Below the pieces are notes generated by a model. It made no database searches and was not told the DNA's origin. It saw only the letters and a program-made list of their open reading frames with translations. Positions 20,064 to 29,067 of a DNA stretch of 64,000 nucleotides are shown here, piece after piece; the first letter of the stretch is position 1, and each line of letters begins with the position of its first letter. Source of the stretch: Alphaproteobacteria bacterium (GTDB lineage: Bacteria > Pseudomonadota > Alphaproteobacteria > JBMOFM01); the NCBI GenBank assembly GCA_049318825.1, contig JBMOFM010000002.1, positions 20,632 through 84,631 on the forward strand. The letters run 5' to 3'. The position numbers were made by a program, and so were the translations under genes.

Positions 20064-20663
20064 CTAAGCTCTTCTAGTAAACACTGGTTGTTTTGCAGGT
20101 TGGTAAGAAATAGGAGAGAATTTTTGTTGGTTGAACTGGCTGGTGAGCTGATGCCCAACAATAGCGCTGGTGGCTAATTCTTTTATGTCATCGTCAATTG
20201 GTGTGGGTGCAATGGTGGCTTTAGTATTGACCATGATGGTATCAAACAGTTTCAATTGATTGCTGAAACGAAATTGCTGCAAAATTTGCATGTCCGAGAT
20301 TTTGCTATCTTTAGTGGGTGCTTGACGTGCCAGCAACCGGCTGACTTGATGCACGGCGTTTACATCATATATTTCATGCAGCTGTATCATCGCTATTTTG
20401 CCGGCATATTGCAGGCGTTGCTGCGTGGTAATGTTTTTTCTATCCTCATTAACGGCTATGGCCAATAAGGCAGCCAATTGATCTTCAGTTTGCAATAAGG
20501 CCAATAAGCCGGTGCTGATTGAAAAGACGGCTGATTTATTAAGTTCATGCCAGTAGGTACGTTTAATATCGGCTAAATCTTCTAGTACAAACTGAATTGG
20601 TTGTGTTATAGACAATTTATCGGCAATCTGTTGCATATAATCTTGGAATTTCGTTGTGTGCAA
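20064..20663 (-). CDS. Hypothetical protein resembling an M48 peptidase domain lacking HExxH
   Basis: ISTGLLALLQTEDQLAALLA matches the M48 pre-HExxH helix; AGGAG RBS before the TTG start. Confidence 0.55.
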   Translation of the reverse strand: MHTTKFQDYMQQIADKLSITQPIQFVLEDLADIKRTYWHELNKSAVFSISTGLLALLQTEDQLAALLAIAVNEDRKNITTQQRLQYAGKIAMIQLHEIYDVNAVHQVSRLLARQAPTKDSKISDMQILQQFRFSNQLKLFDTIMVNTKATIAPTPIDDDIKELATSAIVGHQLTSQFNQQKFSPISYQPAKQPVFTRRA

Positions 20664-20694
20664 ACTGTGTCTCCTGTCGTTTAATTATCCATAA

Positions 20695-21543
20695 TTGTGG
20701 AAAAAACTAATGAAAAAACTTGTTAAAGTCAATTTTTATGGGCGTAAGAAAATTGTTTTTGCACTGATTTTTTGCTTCATGCCATTATGGATGACGATGG
20801 TCGAGGGAAAAGCCTTGGCCCGTGAGGCGCAATACCGGATTTATGTGGGGGGCATTCCAGCCATGAATGCCCACATTGATTGGGATAATGCTCAAGAAAA
20901 ATATAAATTGGCGATTGCCGCTGAAACCTATGGCCCATTATCGGGATTATTTACATGGAAAGGTACCTTGGGCAGTGAAGGCCGCATTAATAAGGGGGTG
21001 TTTTTTCCACGGCATTTTATTTCTGAAACTGTGATGGATGGCCAGCAACGCAGCGTGAGCCTATTATATGATGAAGCCGGTGGTTTTAAGGAAAAAATCA
21101 CCACCCCTAAGGCTGAACAAGAGGGCGAAATAGTGCCTGAAGCCTTAACCAACGGCACGGTGGATGTGCTTACCGCGCTGGCTAATGCTTTTGCCCGTGT
21201 AGAAGAAACGGGCTATTGTACGGGGCAATGGGCAGTATTCGATGGGCGGCGGCGTTTTTGGCTGAAAGCCCGCCATGAAGGCAAAACCTTGTTGAAACCA
21301 TCGACCTATAATGTTTTTAGCGGCGAGGCCAGCCTGTGCGATATTACGATTATTCCCCAAGAAGGCGTATGGAAAAAACGCCAGAAACAATGGTTAAAAG
21401 AAGCGCAAGGGGCAGATAATAGCAAACCCCTTGCCAGATTTTATTTGGGCAAGCATCACGGAAAGCTGGTGTTGGCACGGTTTGAAACCCCCAGCCCCCT
21501 AGGCATGGTGATGGTGAATTTGATTGATGATGAAAAGAAGTAG
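20695..21543 (+). CDS. DUF3108 family exported protein
   Basis: Signal-like segment, Y.IYVGG, TVD.LTA, C...W.VFDGRRRF, C.I...P..G; true start probably downstream. Confidence 0.75.
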   Translation: MWKKLMKKLVKVNFYGRKKIVFALIFCFMPLWMTMVEGKALAREAQYRIYVGGIPAMNAHIDWDNAQEKYKLAIAAETYGPLSGLFTWKGTLGSEGRINKGVFFPRHFISETVMDGQQRSVSLLYDEAGGFKEKITTPKAEQEGEIVPEALTNGTVDVLTALANAFARVEETGYCTGQWAVFDGRRRFWLKARHEGKTLLKPSTYNVFSGEASLCDITIIPQEGVWKKRQKQWLKEAQGADNSKPLARFYLGKHHGKLVLARFETPSPLGMVMVNLIDDEKK

Positions 21544-21583
21544 GTAAATAAACGGTGATTTATACAAAAATTTTTATGGGTGG

Positions 21584-21598
21584 TTAACCTCTTGTTAA
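21584..21598. promoter_or_regulatory. CtrA-type binding site upstream of first DUF4402 gene
   Basis: TTAA-cctcttg-TTAA (reads TTAA-N7-TTAACC on the minus strand). Confidence 0.6.
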
Positions 21599-21719
21599 TA
21601 ATAAGTGATTTATTGTTAATTATTGAAATAATTAATGTGTAAATAGCGCTTATTTTTTGTTGTATTGAATTGTTTTCGATTGATTCTTCATCATTTGTTA
21701 GATTTTAGTGCAATCCTCT

Positions 21720-21869
21720 TAGATAGTATCGTCAAATTCGCTAATGCGGAGCGAAAACAGCAGATTTCGAGAACCGCACCGTCAATGTACTTAAAGCGTA
21801 CATGCGTAGCGGAAGCGCAGAAATTTGCTGTTTGCAGCAAGCAGTAGTAGAATTTGACGACACTATCTA
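21720..21869. repeat. 150-bp nested palindromic element (RPE/MITE-like)
   Basis: 20-bp TIR 21720-21739/21850-21869 (1 mismatch), 14-bp inner IR 21755-21768/21820-21833, central atgtac-N7-gtacat. Confidence 0.8.
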
Positions 21870-21908
21870 CCACTATCTCATCATATTCACCATAAAGGAG
21901 TTGGGATC

Positions 21909-22433
21909 ATGAAAAATTTTGCGGCTGTTTTTTCGGTAAAACAAGGGTTGGTGTTGGCTGGCATGTTGGCCATGGCTTCTCATGTGAACGTAGCACAGGC
22001 TCAAACCGCTTCTGCCAATTTTACCGCTAATGCGCAAATAGCCAGCTCTATTACCGTGAGTAATACAAGGGCATTAAGCTTTGGTAATAACACCCCAGGG
22101 GCAGGGGGCACGGTGGTGGTGGATGTTACGGGCACGCGCACGAATGTAGGCACCGTGGCCACTGGTGGTACGGTGAATACGGCGCAATTTTCAATTAGTG
22201 GTGCGCCTTCAACGGCGTATAATGTTACCTTGCCGGCTACATCTACGCTCACGGGACCCGGTACGCCCATGAGTGTGGCTTTTGCGGCCAGCCAATTAAC
22301 GGGTGGGGCACTCACCCGTACCATTAACGGTACGGGTACGGATAGTTTTGATTTAGGCGGTACGTTAAGCGTGGCTTCTAGCCAAACAGCGGGTAGCTAT
22401 TCTGGTTTATTTACCCTTACCGTGGCGTATTAA
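21909..22433 (+). CDS. DUF4402 family pilin-like exported protein, copy 1
   Basis: AGGAG RBS, signal peptide, LSFG..PG..GTVVV, F.ISG, LGGTLSV...Q..G.YSG.FTLTV.Y ending in Tyr. Confidence 0.8.
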   Translation: MKNFAAVFSVKQGLVLAGMLAMASHVNVAQAQTASANFTANAQIASSITVSNTRALSFGNNTPGAGGTVVVDVTGTRTNVGTVATGGTVNTAQFSISGAPSTAYNVTLPATSTLTGPGTPMSVAFAASQLTGGALTRTINGTGTDSFDLGGTLSVASSQTAGSYSGLFTLTVAY

Positions 22434-22452
22434 GCTTTATCTTTATATAGCG

Positions 22453-22483
22453 AAAAGGTCAGCCTATCATGCTGGCCTTTTTT
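22453..22483 (+). terminator. Intrinsic terminator after DUF4402 copy 1
   Basis: aaaaggtcagc-loop-gctggcctttttt. Confidence 0.8.
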
Positions 22484-22544
22484 ATTGTCTACATGTCGTA
22501 TATTGTAGAAGTAATCATTCATAGTTAACAAGTAATCATGGGAA

Positions 22545-22560
22545 TTAACTATTTATTAAC
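22545..22560 (+). promoter_or_regulatory. CtrA-type binding site upstream of second DUF4402 gene
   Basis: TTAA-ctattta-TTAAC(C), full consensus. Confidence 0.65.
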
Positions 22561-22697
22561 CATAGTAAAAATAATTTTCTTGTAAATAAAATACCATATT
22601 TTGTTAATTTACTGATAGTAATTATTGACAAGTTATTACTAATATGTTACATTTTAATTAACATAAGACGGAAAAACAGTAAAACTAGGAGATTATC

Positions 22698-23228
22698 ATG
22701 GTTGAATATGCTTCTCGCAGTCTGTTAAAAAATAACATGGCCTTTGCTGCTATGGTGGCTGTTGGTGTTGTTTTTTCTGTTACCCCTGTGCTTGCACAGT
22801 CCGCTTCAGTAAATTTTACGGCTAATGCCCAAATTGCCAGCTCTATTACCATTAGCAATACAAGGGCATTAAGCTTTGGTAATAACACCCCAGGGGCAGG
22901 GGGCACGGTGGTGGTGGATGCTGCTGGCACGCGCACGAATGTGGGCACGGTTGCAGCGGGCGGTACCGTGGCTTCTGGCCAATTTTCAGTGAGTGGTGCG
23001 CCTTCTACGGCTTATAGTATTACCCTCCCAGCCACATCTACCCTTACTGGCCCTGGTGCACCCATGAGTGTTGCTTTTGCGGCCAGTCAATTAACTGGGG
23101 GTTCTTTAACCCGCACCATTACCAATGCTGGCACAGATAGTTTTAATTTGGGCGGCACATTAAGCGTGGCTTCTACCCAAGCATCTGGTAGTTATTCGGG
23201 AATTTTTACCCTAACCGTGGCCTATTAA
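22698..23228 (+). CDS. DUF4402 family pilin-like exported protein, copy 2
   Basis: Mature region nearly identical to copy 1; different signal peptide; AGGAG RBS. Confidence 0.8.
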   Translation: MVEYASRSLLKNNMAFAAMVAVGVVFSVTPVLAQSASVNFTANAQIASSITISNTRALSFGNNTPGAGGTVVVDAAGTRTNVGTVAAGGTVASGQFSVSGAPSTAYSITLPATSTLTGPGAPMSVAFAASQLTGGSLTRTITNAGTDSFNLGGTLSVASTQASGSYSGIFTLTVAY

Positions 23229-23809
23229 GCGTGGCCTGCTTCCATGGAAAGCATGGCGGGGTGAAAACCCAACTTGCCAATAGCCGCTTCCCATTTATGA
23301 TCAATATCGGTTGAAAAAATCAGGGCAGCATCGGCTGGCACAATCAGCCAGCCATTAGCCTGAATTTCGGTTTCTAATTGGCCAGCCGACCAGCCAGCAT
23401 AGCCTAAGGCCATCAAATGCTGTAAGGGGCCACGATTATCGGCCACGGCGCGCAATATATCCACGGTGTGGGTAACGGCCAGATCATCATCAATAATTAA
23501 AGTATCGGGGCGGCGATAATCGGTGGAATGAACAACAAAACCTCTGGTGCTTTCTACAGGGCCGCCATAATGCACAGGCGGGTTAGAAAAATTATCAGCG
23601 GGGGAAATATTCAGTTGAGCCGCCAGATCATTAAAATGCATGGTGCCATAATGGCGGTTAATCACTAACCCCATGGCGCCTTCTGGGCCATGTGCGCAGA
23701 TTAAAATTACGCTGCGGGCAAAACGTGGGTCTGCCATGCCGGGCATGGCCACTAGCATTTGTCCGGTAAGATTTAAGCTGTTAAGCTGGGTGGTGACATT
23801 CTGGCCCAT
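23225..23809 (-). CDS. YqgE/AlgH family protein
   Basis: LVAMP..DPRF.RSVI, GAMGLVIN, GGPVE..RGFVVH, GYAGWSAGQLE.EI..NGW. Confidence 0.93.
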   Translation of the reverse strand: MGQNVTTQLNSLNLTGQMLVAMPGMADPRFARSVILICAHGPEGAMGLVINRHYGTMHFNDLAAQLNISPADNFSNPPVHYGGPVESTRGFVVHSTDYRRPDTLIIDDDLAVTHTVDILRAVADNRGPLQHLMALGYAGWSAGQLETEIQANGWLIVPADAALIFSTDIDHKWEAAIGKLGFHPAMLSMEAGHA

Positions 23810-23927
23810 GCACGCCTCCTGATAATTTGCGCTACCATATTTATTCTATATTATATGGTAACTTATCTCTTAAATTACTACATAGTTATTAATTTGTCAT
23901 GAATTCTGGATTAAAGGGTGGGGTTAA

Positions 23928-24416
23928 ATGGGGCAAGAAATTACAGTGGGTGCTAATATCCCTGATGTTAGCTTGAAAATTATGGGCGATAATGGCATGG
24001 AAGTTATTTCCACCGCCGCGCTTTTTGCTGGAAAAACCAGCCTGTTATTTGCGGTGCCGGGGGCGTTTACGCCCACCTGTTCACAAAAACATTTACCCGG
24101 CTATGTGAATAATTTCGAGCAATTGAAAGCCAAGGGTATAGAGCAGGTGATTTGCCTTTCAGTGAATGACCCCTTTGTGATGCAAGAATGGGCTAAACAA
24201 GGCGGGGCGGATGGTAAAATTGTGATGCTAGCCGATGGTAATGCTACCTTTACCGAAAGCTTAGGCTTAGCTTTTGATTCTTCTGCTCATGGTATGGGCA
24301 AAAGAGCCCGCCGTTTTGCGATGGTGGTAAAAAATGGCGTGGTAACTGATTTACAAATTGAAGCCCCCGGTAGCTTTGAGGTTTCTGGTGCCGACCCCAT
24401 GATTTGTAGGTTGTAA
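23928..24416 (+). CDS. Peroxiredoxin (Prx5/Redoxin type)
   Basis: FAVPGAFTPTCS.KHLPGY, SVNDPFVM. Confidence 0.93.
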   Translation: MGQEITVGANIPDVSLKIMGDNGMEVISTAALFAGKTSLLFAVPGAFTPTCSQKHLPGYVNNFEQLKAKGIEQVICLSVNDPFVMQEWAKQGGADGKIVMLADGNATFTESLGLAFDSSAHGMGKRARRFAMVVKNGVVTDLQIEAPGSFEVSGADPMICRL

Positions 24417-25735
24417 TGGATAATATGACGGCCATCATCATGGAAAAAGTGCGTGCGGGTGAAGATAAACCCGCCGCCGCTTTATTGCAGCAGATGGTGG
24501 AACAAAGCTTACATCTTCAGGTGGTGGATATAAGATTTAACCGCGATGGTTATAGCTTAAATTCGGTGAATGGTTTTTGTGTAAATAGTGCCGATCAGCA
24601 AAAATTATTCTTTAAGTTTCACCATGAAAAGGGTGAAGAAATACTCAAAGAATATTATCAGGCACAGTTGCTGGAACAGGCTGGTTTTCCAGTGGATGCG
24701 CCCCTATATGCCAGTGCTATTCCGGGTAAACAAATTTTATTTTATCGCTATACCGATAATAAGCGTTTGGCCGATTTATGCATGGAAGAAGAAGCAGCCA
24801 ATTCGCCAAGGGCGCAGCAAATGATTGCCGCCCAGCAGCAACTTGATCAACATATATTACGCTGTTATCAGCAAACCCTCCATCCCATTACTGTTGAGGA
24901 TGTGCGTGAACAGGCTATCATGCAGCTTTTTTATCGCCGGCTAGTGGATAAAGAGGGGGATACGGAATTTGGCGGGCGGGTAAAAAGCTTTTATGTGGGG
25001 CAGGAGTTTATTTTGCCCGGTTTGGTCAAGCCTATTTCTTTTGAACAATTGGCTGCTTTACGATGGGTGGTGAACGGCATTCCCTATCAACAAAATTTAG
25101 GGGAATTATTCAGCGCATCGCGTGAATTACTCTCACCCCAAGGCTTTATGGGGCAATTAGGGGTAACTGCGCATGGCGATGCCCATAATGCTAATATCTG
25201 GTTTGATGAATCGGTGCAGCCGCCCATATTAAAACAATTTGATCCGGGTTTTGCTGGCCAGCATATTCCAGCCTTATTGGCTGAGGTGAAGCCGTTATTT
25301 CATAATATTTTTTCCCACCCCCAATGGTTATATTACCCCACCCAAGCAGTGGATTGGCTAAAGGCCGAAGCGCGTATTGAAGGCGATACCATTCATGTGC
25401 AGCATAATTGGCAATTATCCCCATTACGTGCGGCTTTTTTAGAAAGCAAACGGCAAAACATATTTGTACCATTGCTGCGTTTATTGGCAGAAAATAATGC
25501 GCTGCCAGAAAATTGGCAGCAATATATTCGCCTTGGTTTGTTTTGTTGCCCCACCTTGGTGATTAATATGCGCAGCCAGCAAAAAACTGGGGAAAGCGGT
25601 TGGTTGGGGCATAACCCGCTCACCTCATTATTCGCCTTATCCATTGCTGCTATGGTCGGCTCAAAACCAGAAAATGGGCAACATGATGTGATTTCAACAT
25701 TTTTTGATAATACAAGAAAAGGAATTGGGCTGTGA
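24416..25735 (+). CDS. APH/choline-kinase-fold phosphotransferase, unknown substrate
   Basis: FFKFH lysine, HGDAHNAN catalytic motif, FDP metal-binding Asp; ATG overlaps the prx stop (TAATG). Confidence 0.7.
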   Translation: MDNMTAIIMEKVRAGEDKPAAALLQQMVEQSLHLQVVDIRFNRDGYSLNSVNGFCVNSADQQKLFFKFHHEKGEEILKEYYQAQLLEQAGFPVDAPLYASAIPGKQILFYRYTDNKRLADLCMEEEAANSPRAQQMIAAQQQLDQHILRCYQQTLHPITVEDVREQAIMQLFYRRLVDKEGDTEFGGRVKSFYVGQEFILPGLVKPISFEQLAALRWVVNGIPYQQNLGELFSASRELLSPQGFMGQLGVTAHGDAHNANIWFDESVQPPILKQFDPGFAGQHIPALLAEVKPLFHNIFSHPQWLYYPTQAVDWLKAEARIEGDTIHVQHNWQLSPLRAAFLESKRQNIFVPLLRLLAENNALPENWQQYIRLGLFCCPTLVINMRSQQKTGESGWLGHNPLTSLFALSIAAMVGSKPENGQHDVISTFFDNTRKGIGL

Positions 25736-27036
25736 GCATTAATTACTTGGCGTGGCATGAAACCGATGACGCCATAAAAAGCAAAATTCTACGCCGCTCT
25801 GAAAGTGATATTGGTGATTTAGCTTCAGTGGTGGCGCCCATTATTGCGGCGGTGAAGCAAGAAGGCGATGCAGCCATTGCCCGTTATACGCATCAATTAG
25901 ACGGTGCGCCGCTTGATGCAGGCATCAAGGTAACCGAAGCAGAATTTCTTGAGGCGGAAACCCTTGTTTCTGCTGAAATCAAAGAAGCCCTGAAAGTGTG
26001 TATTGCACAGGTAAAAAGCTTTCACGAAGCGCAGATGGCGCGCATAGAAAAACGCTGGTTGGTGGAAGTAGGGGCTGGTGTTTGGGCGGGGGAGCAGGTG
26101 AACCCATTGCCCAGCGTGGCCTTATATGTGCCGCGGGGTAAGGGTTCTTTTCCTTCGGTGATGTATATGTTATGCGTACCAGCGGTGATTGCAGGGGTTC
26201 GTAAAATTGCCGTTTGTACCCCGCCTAACCCCGATGGTAGGGTGGATGCTGCCTCTTTAGTGGCGGCGCGTTTATGCGGCGTTCATGATATTTATAAGGT
26301 GGGCGGGGCGCAGGCCATTGCTGCATTGGCTTATGGTACAAAAACTGTGCCCAAGGTGGATAAGGTGATTGGCCCCGGTAATGCTTATGTGGCAGCCGCG
26401 CGCCGGCAATTGGCGGATTTAATAGACCCCGGTATGCCCGCTGGCCCCAGTGAAGCGATTATTTTGGCCGATGCTACCGCCAATGTGCATAATACCAGCC
26501 TAGATGTATTGAATGAGGCCGAGCATGGGCCCGATTCTGCTTCGTTATTGGTCACGCCCAGCCGCGCGTTGGCCGAAGCGGTAAGGGATTATCTGCCAGC
26601 CTTAATCGAGGCATTGCCAGAGCCACGCCGTGGTTTTTGTACAAAAGGCATGGGGCATTATGGTGGCATTATTCTTACCCGTACCATGGAGGAAGCCATT
26701 GCTTTTTGTAATGATTATGCGGTGGAGCATTTGCATCTGAAAGTAGAAAATCCAGACGAAATATTGCCCCAACTTACCGATGTGGGGGAAATTTTAATTG
26801 GTGAATATGCACCCATTGCCCTCGGCAATTATGGGATTGGGGTGAATGCTATTTTGCCCACAGGCCGCCATGCACGGACCCATTCTGCTACAGGGGTGTG
26901 GGATTTCTTGAAGCGTACCACCATTGCGAAGGCTAACCGCGAAGGCTATGATCGCTTAGCGGCGCCCGTGGTGGCTTTAGCTGAATATGAAGGTTTCCCT
27001 TCACATTCAGCTACCGTGAAAAAACGCCTATTATAA
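25732..27036 (+). CDS. Histidinol dehydrogenase family paralog (divergent active site)
   Basis: LYVP.G, GGAQAIAALAYGT, GPGNAYV, PAGPSE, EHL; but NEAEH, GNY and NAILPT replace SQAEH, GDY and NHVLPT. Confidence 0.8.
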   Translation: MSINYLAWHETDDAIKSKILRRSESDIGDLASVVAPIIAAVKQEGDAAIARYTHQLDGAPLDAGIKVTEAEFLEAETLVSAEIKEALKVCIAQVKSFHEAQMARIEKRWLVEVGAGVWAGEQVNPLPSVALYVPRGKGSFPSVMYMLCVPAVIAGVRKIAVCTPPNPDGRVDAASLVAARLCGVHDIYKVGGAQAIAALAYGTKTVPKVDKVIGPGNAYVAAARRQLADLIDPGMPAGPSEAIILADATANVHNTSLDVLNEAEHGPDSASLLVTPSRALAEAVRDYLPALIEALPEPRRGFCTKGMGHYGGIILTRTMEEAIAFCNDYAVEHLHLKVENPDEILPQLTDVGEILIGEYAPIALGNYGIGVNAILPTGRHARTHSATGVWDFLKRTTIAKANREGYDRLAAPVVALAEYEGFPSHSATVKKRLL

Positions 27037-27051
27037 TTTTATGGTTCATGA

Positions 27052-27097
27052 TCGCCGCCTACATGCTTTTCAAGAGTGTGTCGGCGGTTTTCTTTTT
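27052..27097 (+). terminator. Probable terminator hairpin after HisD-like gene
   Basis: Imperfect stem cgccgcctacatgc...gtgtgtcggcgg followed by a T-rich run. Confidence 0.5.
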
Positions 27098-27221
27098 ATA
27101 TCGGCTTCTCAATAAAGTTTTTTGGTAAAGCTGAGAGCGAAAAAGTAGCGCTATTATTTCTATACAGCTTGATGAATCCCAATTTTATTGATAGTATTTT
27201 ATAAATATTAATTGGATATGG

Positions 27222-28211
27222 TTGTTGATGTTTTTATCTGATGATGAGAGTTTCGCGCAAAGCTATAGGGGCGATGAAACATTAACCGCGGTAAGTAAAA
27301 GATTTACCGATTCCTTGGGTTTAGCCGGACAAGCGGTTTTTACGTTTACAACCGCTTATACTGGCGTGGATGGATTAAAAGTTAAGGTGAGTGTGCCCCA
27401 TGAATTTCATCATGTGCTAGATTCTTATATCACTGGTGAAGAGCCTAATATTTCAGTAAAGACTGAAATGTTGATTATTATTGGCCAAGATATTCATGAA
27501 TATGCGCATAAAATCAACGGTGGGTATTTTTTAGAGAATGGTGGGTATTTTCTAGAAAAAGAATTACATGAGCTGGATATACCATCCTTTGAAAGCTATT
27601 CAGAAGATTGGCAAAAAGATTTTCAACAGCGTTTTTACCATCAATTTGCTTGCCCAGAATACCCCACTCATCATAAAATGTCTCTGTTGGTTAATAAGAT
27701 AACCGAGCTGGAAGAAAATAGAGCGCAAAAAAATCATCGAAATTATTCACAGCTCTCCATGTTGTGGGACGAAAACTGGGCAGAAAATATAGCCAGAAAT
27801 TTATTTGATGATTATTATAGCTTCAAAGAAAATTATCCTGAAGCGGGTGATTTTTTACGAGAGCTGAAATGTGGTAATGAAATAAACGATAAAATTTATG
27901 ATCAATGGCTACAGGAAAACCCTGCACCCAGCAAAGAAGAAATGGCCTTAACTTATGTTTTTTACCAACACAGCAACAAAGTTGCAGAACAATACATTAA
28001 GGAAAATTCGCAAAAATTTCTCAATGCCAGCCGTTTTTGCGATTTAAGCTTTGAGCAAAGAGAAAAATTTCCTTTTGCGGCGCTGTTGCCAGATATTTCT
28101 CGTCAGCAGTTGCAATATGAAGCTAATATTTTATTGCAAAAATCAGCGCTACTTTCTGCGAAGCCATTTCCCACAACCACATCAACACGCAATCGGCTAT
28201 TAAGGATGTAG
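27222..28211 (+). CDS. Hypothetical orphan protein
   Basis: 329-aa open frame, no recognised motif; 21-bp tandem duplication at 27516-27557. Confidence 0.65.
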   Translation: MLMFLSDDESFAQSYRGDETLTAVSKRFTDSLGLAGQAVFTFTTAYTGVDGLKVKVSVPHEFHHVLDSYITGEEPNISVKTEMLIIIGQDIHEYAHKINGGYFLENGGYFLEKELHELDIPSFESYSEDWQKDFQQRFYHQFACPEYPTHHKMSLLVNKITELEENRAQKNHRNYSQLSMLWDENWAENIARNLFDDYYSFKENYPEAGDFLRELKCGNEINDKIYDQWLQENPAPSKEEMALTYVFYQHSNKVAEQYIKENSQKFLNASRFCDLSFEQREKFPFAALLPDISRQQLQYEANILLQKSALLSAKPFPTTTSTRNRLLRM

Positions 28212-28323
28212 GTAATCGCAGTTATTGACGTCAAAATCCACATCGCTGAACCAGTTCCATGACTTTATGTGCCGTGGCCATGGGATAATACTCTTTGCAA
28301 AAATCTATATTTTGCAGAGGTTT

Positions 28324-28895
28324 TTATAGTTGTGAGCTGATATTATTAGCTTGTTGGCGCAATTTTTTGCCTGTTTGCAATGCTTGCATGGCCACCAATT
28401 GGTTAGTCTTAAGGATATCCACCTCATTGTTGCCTTCGGCAGCCATTTCTACAAAACGGGATACATAAATACTATTCACTAACCCATGATTGGGTGATTC
28501 TGGGCCGGGTAAATCCTTTTTTAATGCTACTAATTCTTTGAATGAGTCAGCATAACCAAGATTACGGAGAAAGGTTTCTTCATTCTCGGTAAGGGTTGCG
28601 GCCTCAAATTGCTGGGTTAAGAAATTTTCTTTTTCTGCTTGAGCCCTATTGGCGCAAAGAGCAGAGACAACCAACGGCATAAAAGTGGAAAGAAGTAGCA
28701 TGTTTGCGGTGGCCGAAACAGCAGCATCAAATTTTTGAACGGCGATACTATTGGCATCCCCCAATTGAGGGCGTTGTATCGCATTTTATAGCCAACTGTG
28801 CCAACTAATCCCATAAGAGACAGGAGACCTACACTAAAAGAAGCTACTGATGCACCAGTCCAATAAGATGATCCAGTTCCATGATCTGATGACAT
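28324..28895 (-). pseudogene. Probable frameshifted membrane protein gene (two overlapping ORFs)
   Basis: ATG 28895 with GAAGG RBS encodes a TM; a second frame picks up at the G5 tract near 28758-28764 and encodes another TM plus a soluble domain. Confidence 0.5.
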
Positions 28896-28993
28896 TATTT
28901 TACCTTCTATGAAAAACCTTTCATCTATTATATCTATTTTTAGCAAATATACAAATATTTTGTGTACAATAATAGGATGGCAATTCTCTTAGC

Positions 28994-29027
28994 AAAAAAA
29001 TAGGGTGTCTTAATAAAAGACACCCTA
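28994..29027 (-). terminator. Intrinsic terminator of ompW
   Basis: tagggtgtctt-aataa-aagacacccta with A7 on + (U-tract on -). Confidence 0.85.
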
Positions 29028-29067
29028 GATGAGGCGATTTCTAATATTATATAAAAATTAAATAATA

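Noticed and set aside
21665-21873. Two 60-aa ORFs on opposite strands
   Set aside because: By-products of the 150-bp palindromic element; no RBS
23889-23914. TTAA-N7-TGAA-N7-TTAA upstream of the peroxiredoxin as a CtrA or OxyR site
   Set aside because: Imperfect for both motifs and in AT-rich DNA
25732-27036. Naming this gene hisD or hpsN
   Set aside because: Key ligand residues differ from both; symbol withheld
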